In this document: positions 1 through 9,485 of the stretch, one piece after another
Position numbering within the stretch: the first letter of the stretch is position 1
Layout of the letters: every line of letters begins with the position of its first letter
Assembly (NCBI GenBank): GCA_963815095.1
Contig: CAWFFH010000003.1
Coordinates: 320,001-384,000 of the forward strand
Length of the DNA stretch: 64,000 bases
Direction: 5' to 3'
Source: Candidatus Bathyarchaeota archaeon
GTDB lineage: Archaea; Thermoproteota; Bathyarchaeia; Bathyarchaeales; Bathycorpusculaceae
The notes under the pieces: generated by a model
Seen by the model: only the letters and a program-made list of their open reading frames with translations
Databases searched by the model: none
Told to the model about the DNA's origin: nothing
Translations under genes and position numbers: made by a program

Positions 1-486
1 GTCATCAATTTTAACTTCGGTTTCAGAAACCTCAGGCAAGCTCTTGATTAGGTCCGAGGCAGTTATTATCCCCACAAGCGTTCCTGTGTCAAATACCGCA
101 AGTCTTCCTTTCTTATTAATCATCAATTGTGCAACTTCTTTTATCTTAGCCGTAACAGAAACAGCAACTAGTGGATATGACATCACGCTCTCGACTTTTT
201 CGTCACCTAAAAGCAGCCCATAAGCTATAACTTTGCTAAGTAAATCCCGCTCAGTGACTATGCCCACAGGCGTGCGGTACTGCATCACGATTAGGCTTCC
301 GACGTGATTACCACCCATGATTTCGGCAGCTTTATTTAGCGAAGCCTCCGGAGTTATGGTCACAATATTTTGGCTCATTATTTCCTTTGCCATTCGATAA
401 CGCGGCAAATCACGCATGTACTGTTCATAAGCAATGTCAACGACAGCTGGCAACTTCCCTTTTATTTCCTTTTGAGGTATCGCCAA
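1..486 (-). CDS. CBS-domain pair protein (3' end runs off the window)
   Basis: Manual translation from TTG at 486, downstream of a GAGGG SD-like motif: ...MAKEIMSQNIVTITPEASLNKAAEIMGGNHVGSLIV...PVGIVTERDLL, a typical CBS motif; a second CBS repeat follows. Confidence 0.85.
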   Translation of the reverse strand, partial: MAIPQKEIKGKLPAVVDIAYEQYMRDLPRYRMAKEIMSQNIVTITPEASLNKAAEIMGGNHVGSLIVMQYRTPVGIVTERDLLSKVIAYGLLLGDEKVESVMSYPLVAVSVTAKIKEVAQLMINKKGRLAVFDTGTLVGIITASDLIKSLPEVSETEVKIDD

Positions 487-538
487 GAAAATCCCTCAAG
501 ATAAATAATAATCAAAAGGTCTAATTAAGGTTGCACAA

Positions 539-870
539 CTACAGTACCTTGCTGATTGGAAAATACTGCATTGAAACAGTAATACGGTATCTAATCAGGC
601 TGTATCGTATCTCATTATTTATTCTCGTATCACTTCTTCCTTTACGGGCATGCCTAAACCTTGTTATCTTCCATTTGGCAAGGTTTTCACGAATGATTTG
701 TGGTTACTCATTAGAATATAGAATGGACTTTTCTTTTGTGAAGTATAAAGTTCTGCGATGAAGTTCAAGAGTTGTTTTCCAAGCGGTATTCCTTGATAAT
801 CCGGAAGAACGACAAAGTGCTGACTCGATAATATTTTGCTTTCATCCTAACGCAGGCGATAGCTACAAGC
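539..870 (-). pseudogene. Degraded GNAT acetyltransferase (copy 1)
   Basis: Joining three frames gives KYYRVS/FVVLPDYQGIPLGKQLLNFIAELYTSQ...ILMSN/QIIRENLAKWKITRF...RITVSMQYF*. V-V-L-P-D-Y-Q-G-x-x-x-G is the GNAT acetyl-CoA motif A. Two frameshifts. Confidence 0.7.
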
Positions 871-1044
871 GTGCGCACAAAACAGCTATTATTCTAAATC
901 GTTCAAGTTTATCTTTCAGGTTTATCTATGTATCTTTTCGGGTTGTTCAGCGAACCTACTTTTTATTTTTTTAGCCAAATTACGATGGGAATGGATCATT
1001 TGAATAAAAAAAATCCCTATAAAGTGTCATCAATACTACCTTGC

Positions 1045-1058
1045 GCAAATCTTATAAG
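1045..1058 (+). promoter_or_regulatory. BRE/TATA box of the 907-aa gene
   Basis: GCAAAT-CTTATAAG about 95 nt upstream of ATG 1148; AGGAG SD just before the start. Confidence 0.55.
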
Positions 1059-1147
1059 CATTTTGAAGGCATAAACGAAGATTGCAGCGTAAGGGCCATC
1101 CAATCTAAAATTTGGCCCTCACTCTGTAAAATAAAAGGAGAAAAAAA

Positions 1148-3871
1148 ATGTTAAAAAATAAAACAACAGCTATACTAATAACTCTACTACTACTATCCTC
1201 AATTGCATCAACAGCAATTTTCACTCCAAACGTTAGCGCTCACACACCAGAATGGACTATTCCAACGTTCCCCCACATCTATGCAGCAACCAACCCAGTT
1301 GGTGTCGGTCAGAAGGCATACATATACATGTGGTGTTGCCCAACTTACGACGCTACAGCAATAACCAACGACTACAGATTCCATAACTACAAACTCGTCA
1401 TCACTGCACCAGACGGTCAAGTAACAGAACAGACTTTTCCCACCGTCGTGGACACGACATCTAACCAAGCAACAACGTTTGTTCCCGAGCAAGCCGGCGT
1501 TTACAACTTAACTTTCATATTCCCAGGACAAAAAGTCAACGACTACCCGCATTCGCCAACCTCTCAGTACATCAACGACACATATGCAGCCGGCACTGCA
1601 ACCACAACTCTCACCGTTCTACAAGATCCACTACCGGACATTCCCTATCCGCCACTTCCAACTGAATACTGGACACGACCAATCTTTGGTACAAACTCAA
1701 TTTGGTGGGCGGTTACGTCAAACTGGTTAGGATCTGGCGTCCCAGGTTTTGCCACCAGTACTGCACCAAATCTGCTATGTTTCTCAGGTCAAAGCGTCGG
1801 TTCTCTTACGAGCCACATCATGTGGACTAAGTCTATCGGTCAACCTGGAGGCGTAGTAGGAGGTGAACTAGCAATTCCAGGAGAAACATTTTTCGAAGGC
1901 ACCGCATACTCTCAAAGATATACCAACCCAATAATTGTCGCCGGAATGCTAGTCTACAGAGAACCGTTTGAAACTACAGGTACAGCTGGAGATACAGTTT
2001 GCGTTAACCTAAATACTGGAAAGGAACTTTGGAGATCATCAACTTTGCCATCACTCTCCTTTGCCTACGTACAAGACATGAATAACCCCGACTTCCATGG
2101 AGCTCGCTCAGCATATCTTTGCGCAAGCAACTTTGCCTCAGTATGGGATGCAGCCACAGGAAAGAACGTGGTCAACGTAACGAATGTTCCATCCGGCACA
2201 ACATGGCTCGGACCAGATGGAGAAATAATGAAATACATATTCTACAACAACGGCACCACCTCGGCCCCAGACTATTACTTATGTCAATGGAACTCAAGCA
2301 GATGGTGGAACTCAGCAAGCATGCAGGAACGCAGCTTCCGCACTACCACTACCACAACAACCACAAACGTATCATCGTCAACATACGTTAACGGCGCACT
2401 CACAACGGTACTTACACCAACAACAACAACAAGTACGTTTGTAAACGCAAGCAGGGCCTATATGTATGATTTCCTAGACCCCGTAACACAAAACGTTTCC
2501 ATATCATGGCGCAACGGTCAAGCAGGATCACCATCTATACTTGCAGCACTCCCCGGTGACTTATTGCTATGCAGGAACGGTTCGTATCCAACAAACAACG
2601 GTCCGACCGGCAACCCTACATGGAACTACTTTGCAGTTAACCTCAACGCATCTGTAGCTCCAATAGGCAGCGTGCTATGGTGGAACACAGCTCAGCCCGC
2701 GATTGATCCAGTAGATGGCAATATTACAACCATCTCATTAGCCGCAGGCGTCGCATTTGCAGGCGCAACCCAATCTGGCTTCGCTGAAGCATGGCACCAA
2801 ACACAACAAATCGCATTCTACAACATACGAACAGGCGCATTCATCAAACTGAGCGACAAACAACCAGCACTTGACTACTATGGCAGCACATCCGCAGGAA
2901 CGCTAAACACCGTCGCTGCTTTTGACAGACTCTACACAGGCGCATATGCAGGTATAACATACTGTTATGATATGAAAACTGGAGATGTACTGTGGACGCA
3001 GGGAAACGGTAACACCGCAGACAATTCTACATACAGTGGCTTTGAAGTTCCAGGGCACTACCCCACCTTCGTCAACGCAATCGGCGGTCACGACCTAAGC
3101 GATGGTGTCGTCTACACTATTACTACAGAACACACTTTTGAAACACCAATCTACAAAGGCGCAACAACACGAGCATTTAACGCAAGTGACGGAACCGAAA
3201 TTTACCAACTTGCAGCAGCCACAGGCGAGTTCGGTGCAGGCAGCTTTGCTATAGCAGACGGAATGACCAATCTCTTCAACAGCTATGACCAACAAATCTA
3301 CACTCTCGGCAGAGGCCCCAGCCAAACTACAGTTACAGTTGGACCTGAGAGCCAATCCCTAGGCGGCAATGTAGTCATTAAAGGCACAGTCACCGATGTT
3401 TCCGTAGGTTTACAAACCACTGAAATACAGGGACGGTTCCCAGCAGGTGTTCCTGTTTGCGCTGACAGTAGCATGAAAGACTGGATGGGTCATATCTACC
3501 AGCAACAAATAAAGCCAGCCACATTCACAGGCGTTAACGTTCGATTGGTTGCTTTGGATTCCAACGGCAACTTCCAAGATCTCGGTACAGTAACCACAGA
3601 TAGCATGGGCAAATTCAGTATGACTTGGAAACCCAACATTTCAGGCGACTTCCAACTCTTTGCTTCGTTTGACGGAACCAACGGCTACTGGCCATCAACT
3701 GATGAAACCGCCTTCAACGTGGCAGAGCCCGCAGCAACACCAACCGCAGCACCAACGCAAATATCATCAGCGGCTGACATGTACTTTGTTCCAGCAGTCG
3801 CAGGCATCATAGTCCTAATCATCATAGGCTTTGCTGTACTCGCACTACTGGTACTTAGAAAACGACCCTAA
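1148..3871 (+). CDS. Secreted, C-terminally membrane-anchored PQQ-like beta-propeller protein with Ig-like domains (cell-surface glycoprotein)
   Basis: Signal peptide; repeated xTGxxxW propeller motifs; Thr-rich run; many NxS/T sequons; C-terminal TM helix followed by RKRP. Confidence 0.8.
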   Translation: MLKNKTTAILITLLLLSSIASTAIFTPNVSAHTPEWTIPTFPHIYAATNPVGVGQKAYIYMWCCPTYDATAITNDYRFHNYKLVITAPDGQVTEQTFPTVVDTTSNQATTFVPEQAGVYNLTFIFPGQKVNDYPHSPTSQYINDTYAAGTATTTLTVLQDPLPDIPYPPLPTEYWTRPIFGTNSIWWAVTSNWLGSGVPGFATSTAPNLLCFSGQSVGSLTSHIMWTKSIGQPGGVVGGELAIPGETFFEGTAYSQRYTNPIIVAGMLVYREPFETTGTAGDTVCVNLNTGKELWRSSTLPSLSFAYVQDMNNPDFHGARSAYLCASNFASVWDAATGKNVVNVTNVPSGTTWLGPDGEIMKYIFYNNGTTSAPDYYLCQWNSSRWWNSASMQERSFRTTTTTTTTNVSSSTYVNGALTTVLTPTTTTSTFVNASRAYMYDFLDPVTQNVSISWRNGQAGSPSILAALPGDLLLCRNGSYPTNNGPTGNPTWNYFAVNLNASVAPIGSVLWWNTAQPAIDPVDGNITTISLAAGVAFAGATQSGFAEAWHQTQQIAFYNIRTGAFIKLSDKQPALDYYGSTSAGTLNTVAAFDRLYTGAYAGITYCYDMKTGDVLWTQGNGNTADNSTYSGFEVPGHYPTFVNAIGGHDLSDGVVYTITTEHTFETPIYKGATTRAFNASDGTEIYQLAAATGEFGAGSFAIADGMTNLFNSYDQQIYTLGRGPSQTTVTVGPESQSLGGNVVIKGTVTDVSVGLQTTEIQGRFPAGVPVCADSSMKDWMGHIYQQQIKPATFTGVNVRLVALDSNGNFQDLGTVTTDSMGKFSMTWKPNISGDFQLFASFDGTNGYWPSTDETAFNVAEPAATPTAAPTQISSAADMYFVPAVAGIIVLIIIGFAVLALLVLRKRP

Positions 3872-3876
3872 ACAAA

Positions 3877-3905
3877 AATTACTTTCTTTTCTTTTTTTTT
3901 GTTTG
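3877..3905 (+). terminator. Oligo-T archaeal terminator
   Basis: ttactttcttttctttttttttgtttg immediately after the stop codon. Confidence 0.55.
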
Positions 3906-4232
3906 TACCAAAAAATATGAGCTGAGAAGGCTCCTGTTTATCCCAATTAAGAATATGCGTGAGAAGCTCCTTTTCTCCTGTTTTGCTCTGGCACTCTATG
4001 GGATGGTTTTCATTTCTGTTGACATAGGGTTGGAGCCAGCCTCAATTAATAGCCAAGCAAAGCTTCCGACCGATCGGTAATGTCCACCATCCTTGAGAGG
4101 TACTGCGGTTTTTGAGATTCCGGTGCCATTTGAGTAACTCTGATTTCTCGCATTTTAACATCTGAGAAACGAAGTTTTTAACAGTTGTTTGCGGTTATCC
4201 TTTGCTTCTAATGGGGTTTGCCCTTAAACTAA

Positions 4233-4313
4233 CTAAGATCGACTTGTTACTGCAGGTCGGGGAGGCAACTGAGAATTTTGGCCTTGGCACCTTTCAATTT
4301 TAAATGGACACAT
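4233..4313 (-). pseudogene. Truncated paralog of the 11139-11516 gene (MCPFKIERCQ...)
   Basis: First 10 codons and the upstream region match the MCPFQIEKCQ gene; the frame then diverges and stops after 26 aa. Confidence 0.55.
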
Positions 4314-4395
4314 TGCAATCATATTACTTTTGTAATCTGCCGATATAAGCTTCGCGAACTCAAAAATAATCAGGTTAAAATATGCTGCGTAGAAA
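4285..4395. repeat. Diverged direct repeat, copy A (pairs with 11488-11598)
   Basis: Shares aaatggacacatt..aatcatat..cttttgtaatctgccgatataagcttc..caaaaataat with 11488-11598. Confidence 0.8.
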
Positions 4396-4650
4396 CGGTT
4401 ATTCGATTCCTCCTTATACTTTGTGTGGTACTTTATTAATTCTCGCATTGCCTTTGCTTGCTTGTCAAAAGCGGGTTAGATTCCAGTTCTGCATGTTTCG
4501 GCGTATGATCTGGGGATTGCTTGTTAGTATGTCGATGGTTCTTCTTATTTGGGAAGCATACACCTTGGTACTTAAGTTTCGGATGAAACTGCTGTGATGT
4601 GAGGGTTAGACATTTCTCGAGAATTACGATTACCCTCGAGACAACGAGGA
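4370..4650 (-). pseudogene. Degraded GNAT acetyltransferase (copy 2)
   Basis: Fragments VSRVIV..KYQGV / YASQ..ILTSNPQIIRRNMQNWNLTRF*QASKGNARINK / RNRITVSTQH align with copy 1 at 539-870. Confidence 0.6.
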
Positions 4651-4765
4651 AAAACACAATAACGCGTTTAAATCAGACAAATTTGTTGGGCTAGGACTGG
4701 AGGAGGATACCCCATTAAGCGTTGCTTAAAATACTATTGAGTTAAATTGATTAATAGAATAAAAG

Positions 4766-5376
4766 ATGGGCAAGTTATCTAAGATTCAGCAAAAAAGAGA
4801 GATAATGAAGATAGACGTTAAGCAGGCAAAGCAATCAACATTGGAGGATCTCTCTTTTCAGTTTAACATTGAAAGAACAAGAGATGTTGTTCGGCCAACA
4901 AAAACAATAATAATTAATCAAATCTCCCACAAAATTGAAGAAGATGAGTTAACACTCAAAGTTGAATTTGCCTTGTTGCCGTCAAATACGGCGTTTTCAA
5001 AAATTAATCTTGATTTGTATTTTGACGATCAACTGATTAATTCAACAACCCTCTGCGCACCTCAAAATGCTTTACTAGGCGACAACTTGGAGTTTTCTAC
5101 GTTATTAAATATGAAAGGAATTGTGGCAGGAAGTTACCCCATTAGAATACAGATGTATGAACTTTGGGATTCAACTGAAAAGCTATGCTTCACTGAAAAA
5201 GAGATCGTCGTCGAATATGCTCCACAAACCAAGGAATCATTAATAGCAAAGGTTCCAACCATCAAGAGCATTTCGGAGCATTTTTAACAATTGTTTCATC
5301 AATCGCCAAGAACATCCATCAAGAAATAGGACAAGGCCAAAAGCAGGAATCTATTGTCAAAAGAGTTGAATGGTAA
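4766..5376 (+). pseudogene. Hypothetical beta-rich protein with a frameshift near its 3' end
   Basis: ORF 4766-5287 stops early; the -1 frame from ~5275 continues as GAFLTIVSSIAKNIHQEIGQGQKQESIVKRVEW* to 5376. Confidence 0.55.
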
Positions 5377-5582
5377 TATCTTAAACTTTTTAGAATGGCA
5401 ATTGAAAATCACATAACAAAAGAACCGTTTCCCTTAAGTGCTCAAGTAGAAAATTAATTGCTTAAGGCATGATTAATCGCAGTTCCTTTGTCGATTTTTA
5501 ACGTCATTTGACGAATCTAAACGCTTAAACCTCGCCGAGGATAGGGTAGCACATACGACGTATTTGTGAGGTGAAAAAAGAC

Positions 5583-5648
5583 ATGATATTTGAAGAGGAA
5601 GAATGGGCAGAAACTGAAGATGAGGAATGGGAAGAGGAAGAATGGTAA
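5583..5648 (+). CDS. 21-aa acidic Trp-repeat micropeptide MIFEEEEWAETEDEEWEEEEW
   Basis: GTGAGGTGA SD 8 nt before the ATG, TTAAA TATA-like box upstream, T-rich tract downstream. Confidence 0.65.
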   Translation: MIFEEEEWAETEDEEWEEEEW

Positions 5649-5662
5649 AATATTGGATTTTA

Positions 5663-5812
5663 TTAAACAACTTTTGTTATTTTATCAGGTTCAGTTATTG
5701 AACGATATTTTCCGCAATACTTGTAGGGACCGTAAACGCAGGTATCACCATTTACTTCAAAAAAGCTGCAGACTTTACGTTTAGGGCAACCGCCAAAAAC
5801 GATTTTTCCCAT
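5663..5812 (-). CDS. 49-aa four-Cys microprotein (MGKIVFGGCPKRKVCSFF...TC...YCGKYR)
   Basis: Internal ATG at 5812 of track ORF 5663-5896; four spaced Cys suggest metal binding. Confidence 0.55.
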   Translation of the reverse strand: MGKIVFGGCPKRKVCSFFEVNGDTCVYGPYKYCGKYRSITEPDKITKVV

Positions 5813-6022
5813 TTTTAAAATTGATTTCAAGTCATATTTCCTGAAGCTTTCTTCAGTTATGATCTTTGTTATTTGTGTTCTTAAGGAGTATTGCAATAAT
5901 TGAAATGTATCAGAACTTTAACAATTACGCCTAGCCCTTCTTCGCTTTCACCCATTCAAGGTTTTGCCTTACTAGAAATACATTTAGACTTTGCTATGGA
6001 ATCTTATATAGGATTGAAAATT

Positions 6023-6424
6023 ATGTCTGAACCTTCATTAAAAAAGCCTACTATGACTAACAAAGCTACAATTCAGAAGATTCTAGCTCAAGTGTCTTAT
6101 GAAAATGGATTTCACTTTTTTTCGGACGTAGGCAAGTCTCTTGGTGAAACTGCCATCAGTCTTTTCAGTTTCTTTGAAGAACTTAGAACAATAGAGCTTT
6201 CATCTGTGAGGTTTCATTTTCAGCGTGGTGACTTCCAAAACTGGATAAGAGACACGCTGGGTGACAAAGAGGTAGCAGATGGAATAGACAAAATAAAACC
6301 AGAACTATCTGATGAGAATTTAAAGGAAGCTTTGCTCAAGATCGTGCAGACACGCCTTGTCGAACTACAAACACTCTTAAACGTGCAAAATTTACAGAAA
6401 ACTGGAAAAGTGAGCGGAACTTAA
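6023..6424 (+). CDS. DUF5752-like protein
   Basis: GFHFF...A.SL..F...L..I...S..FH.QRGDFQNWIRDTLGD signature; start reassigned to ATG 6023. Confidence 0.7.
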   Translation: MSEPSLKKPTMTNKATIQKILAQVSYENGFHFFSDVGKSLGETAISLFSFFEELRTIELSSVRFHFQRGDFQNWIRDTLGDKEVADGIDKIKPELSDENLKEALLKIVQTRLVELQTLLNVQNLQKTGKVSGT

Positions 6425-6980
6425 GAAGTTCAGTTTTGAAGAGCTTAAACGATACTAAATTAACATTTGTTGTTGTCGTTAGCCGTTCACAACCCTTTAT
6501 CTTTTTGAAGCAACCACCATATCTTAGTGGACTTTAATTTAATCCTCACCTCACAAGGGGTAGCCTTCCCATCTAAGCATGGTTTTGTGTCAGGATTAAA
6601 AAAAGTCCACTTCTTTTCGTGAATTCTTTAACTGCAAATCGTCACTTTAAGAACAGTTCCTCCTGCATTAGTATTAATTCATATCAGATAGGAAACGCAG
6701 AACCAGATTAGACATTTAGAACATCATTTGAAGGTAGCATATTATAGATTACAGCTTCGAAGAGTAAGAAGCCAAATTTTTGGTCTTGCAGATCCAATTA
6801 GTGGATTAACATTAATTGCTGCATTTTCAATTCATAAAGTATGTAATAGAGGGTTTTGTTAACTTCTTAGTGATGGGTATCTCTGTTAACTACTTCTTGT
6901 TGTACCTTATTGTGCCAACAAACCAACTAATACTGTCAACACTATAAAAAACAGGTTTAACTTTTTGCTGGAGAAATTAA

Positions 6981-7142
6981 ATGGTAAAATGCCCAAATTG
7001 CGGAGCAGAAGTTGCGAAACCTGACAAAGCACTCAAAAATCAGGCTTTCAACATAGAAGCATATACATGCAAAAACTGCGAACACCATTTTAAACTGATT
7101 AGTGAATTTATTTTTTCGACCGAAATACATAGTTCCAGTTAA
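6981..7142 (+). CDS. 53-aa zinc-ribbon microprotein (divergent Cren7-like)
   Basis: MVKCPNCGAEVAKPDKALKNQAFNIEAYTCKNCEHHFK...; GGAG SD; two CxxC motifs; absent from the ORF track. Confidence 0.7.
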   Translation: MVKCPNCGAEVAKPDKALKNQAFNIEAYTCKNCEHHFKLISEFIFSTEIHSSS

Positions 7143-7365
7143 CTTTAGCCATTTCGTAACTGTGCTTAGTGAGTACTTCTTCTATACATTTTACCTCTGA
7201 GGGACTAGGCGCACAATTAATGCGAAGTTCCCAACTATCTTCTTCCTCACCCTTTTCTATGGATACTGATAGGGCATCAAGGAATGATCCGCAAACAGAT
7301 TCCAGTTCCTTTAGTAGTAAGATTGCTTCATTCCGATTCAACGGTAACTCTTTACCCTGCCCCAT
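7108..7365 (-). CDS. Small hypothetical protein (paralog of 12253-12477)
   Basis: LNRNEAILLLKEL...WELRI matches MDRKEAITLLREL...YQLKI. Confidence 0.6.
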   Translation of the reverse strand: MGQGKELPLNRNEAILLLKELESVCGSFLDALSVSIEKGEEEDSWELRINCAPSPSEVKCIEEVLTKHSYEMAKVNWNYVFRSKK

Positions 7366-7585
7366 GTTCGTACATAGTCAATTTAAAGCTTATTCCCAGT
7401 TACCTTTTTTATTATTTTTTTCTTTTAGGGCAGATCGAGTCTGACTTATTCTGAGAACATTGCAAAAAACTTTGGGCAAACACAGAAAGCTTAGAAAAAC
7501 ACGTTTTTATAAACCGTTAATTGGCAAAGTTTTATCCACAAGTATGGTTAGACTATTCTATTATCACCTTGACGGAGGCGAATAT

Positions 7586-7747
7586 ATGGCAAAATGTCCC
7601 AAATGTGGTAAGGAAGTAGCTCCTAAAAAATCTTGGAAGATGGCAGGCAGGCCTGACAAAGCAGGAAAAAGAACGGAACTTACAATCGGCTTATGCGAGT
7701 GCTGTGGCAAAACCTTCAGGACAACTCTCAGCAAACAGAAGATCTGA
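7586..7747 (+). CDS. Cren7-like chromatin protein with a zinc ribbon
   Basis: MAKCPKCGKEVAPKKSWKMAGRPDKAGKRTELTIGLCECCGKTFR retains the Cren7 PxKxWxxA...IGL...GKxFR pattern; GGAGG SD; highly basic. Confidence 0.75.
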   Translation: MAKCPKCGKEVAPKKSWKMAGRPDKAGKRTELTIGLCECCGKTFRTTLSKQKI

Positions 7748-7980
7748 TTTGTTAGTAAATTATAAATTATTTTTTTCTTTAGATTTGGGTGTCCGTTCTT
7801 CTTTAAAAACGGCTGAATAGAAAGCAACAAAAATGAACTTATTACATGTAAACATAATTTTTTGGCTTACGTCCAGCTCTTTTGCCTTACTTTGATATTG
7901 GCTAAAAAAGGTTGATTTCTAGTTATTTAAATGGAAAATATTTATTAAATATTGTTTTTAGAGACGTTAATTGTAGACTA

Positions 7981-8220
7981 ATGGATCAAGATCACAGTTT
8001 GGGAAAGGGTTTACCGACAGTTTTGTGTGAATGTGTCGAAGAGATACTTGTTGTTCCTGATCTAGATGAAATGGCTCGGTGTATTGAGACACACGCAATA
8101 TTTCATGAGAAAAAAGAAGCTGATCCTGAGAAAGCAGAAGCTGAACATTGTAGAATAGAAGATCAATTAACTCGAAAAGTTGTCATAAAAATTGCAGATA
8201 TGGCAAATAAGAGGGCCTAA
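7981..8220 (+). CDS. Small CxC...HxxxH protein (paralog of 8944-9144)
   Basis: LPTVLCECVEEILVVPDLDEMARCIETHAIFH; start at ATG 7981. Confidence 0.65.
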   Translation: MDQDHSLGKGLPTVLCECVEEILVVPDLDEMARCIETHAIFHEKKEADPEKAEAEHCRIEDQLTRKVVIKIADMANKRA

Positions 8221-8295
8221 CTTTTCTGTGTCAAAAATCTTTGGTAAGATTTATATTTTTCTTACAGTAAATTTATGAGATAAGAGTCAATTCAA

Positions 8296-8565
8296 ATGCC
8301 AACTAGCCTGCTAATGCAATACATAAAAATCACCAAATTGCTAATGGAATATGGCCCTCAGACAATAAGTCAAATAAGTTCTTTTTTTAGAGATCTAAGT
8401 TCAGTTGATTTAGAGCGCGCTCTCGATTTCCTAACCGAAAGCAAAATCATTACTCGAGAATCAACAAATGTAAATCTGAGTTATGCAATAACTGAGAATG
8501 GAATTGGAGTTTTGACATTCTTTAAAGTTAAGCCTTCAAGACAGACCATTAAACTGAAGCGTTAA
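8296..8565 (+). CDS. Winged helix-turn-helix protein
   Basis: GP.T.SQI...L..L....II......Y.IT..G...L wHTH pattern. Confidence 0.65.
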   Translation: MPTSLLMQYIKITKLLMEYGPQTISQISSFFRDLSSVDLERALDFLTESKIITRESTNVNLSYAITENGIGVLTFFKVKPSRQTIKLKR

Positions 8566-8943
8566 ATTTCGTTTTTAGGATTCATTAGACTGATATAATT
8601 TTTTCAATAAAGCAGGTAGACATTAGAATACAGAAAATTCAAGGTATTTAGTGTTGGCTGGATTGAGGATGCGAGTGTTTTCCTGGAACGAAATAAGTGA
8701 GACTTGTCACAACCAATAACCCGTTTCTTAGTAAGCCAAGTTAGCAAAAAATTGTTAAGAAGCAAAAATAACTAATTTTGTCAACTTGACTTTGCAAGAT
8801 GCGAAGCTGTCCACACAAAACAAGCGAAGTCAAGATTATAAAAAGGATTATCTTGAGATATGCGAGTCCTAAGAGCACGGCATGGGTGATAAATAATAAA
8901 TAAAAAGCCACAAAAAAACAATACTAATTTAGAATTTGATAGT

Positions 8944-9144
8944 TTGGAAATTAATAAAAAAATGCCAGTTTTTAGTTGCTCATGTGGAGATAAAATTTTA
9001 ATCGTTCCAGATGTAACTGAAATGAATAAAGCAATAAAAAATCACATAGTTGTGCATAGAAAATTAAGTGGACAGATATTAAATGTAGATAATCTCACGC
9101 AGCAAATCTTGAAATTCATTATAGAAATCATAAATGAGACTTAA
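8944..9144 (+). CDS. Small CxC...HxxxH protein
   Basis: MPVFSCSCGDKILIVPDVTEMNKAIKNHIVVH; aligns with 7981-8220. Confidence 0.65.
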   Translation: MEINKKMPVFSCSCGDKILIVPDVTEMNKAIKNHIVVHRKLSGQILNVDNLTQQILKFIIEIINET

Positions 9145-9247
9145 TGGGATCCAACAAAAATTTCATGTGTGTATCAATAAACAACACTCGCTAATCAAAG
9201 GACGAGTTGCTCTTTGTTTGCTTATATATTACCCTTTTTGGGAAGCT

Positions 9248-9485
9248 TTATTTCCTCGGCTACACTATATAGTAAGATTCAATATAATATAGAGGTGTAT
9301 CAATAGAAATGTTGTCACGAGACTGTGATGGCTGCTCCAGAATGACGTTTGAATGCAAACAACGCTTCGAAAAAGTAAACATCGGCGAAAAAGTATTCTG
9401 CCCCGACGGAACAGCACACCTAGTAGATACATAAAAACAATATACCTAATTTCAAATATTCCCCAATTTCTATTCCATTTTTACT
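9248..9485. repeat. 238-bp near-identical direct repeat, copy A
   Basis: Matches 12720-12957 with about 7 substitutions counted by eye; spans promoter, SD, a 41-aa ORF and terminator. Confidence 0.9.
9309..9434 (+). CDS. 41-aa Cys/His microprotein, copy 1 (MLSRDCDGCSRMTFECKQRFEKVNIGEKVFCPDGTAHLVDT)
   Basis: GAGGTG SD; three paralogs in the window conserve CDGC, C and CPDGTxH. Confidence 0.8.
   Translation: MLSRDCDGCSRMTFECKQRFEKVNIGEKVFCPDGTAHLVDT

Noticed and set aside
531-761. 76-aa + strand ORF
   Set aside because: Antisense to the GNAT pseudogene, which explains the sequence better.
6490-6670. Minus-strand fragment ..RIHEKKWTFFNPDTKPCLDGKATPCEVRIKL..
   Set aside because: Looks protein-like but has an internal stop and no recognisable family; cannot be supported.
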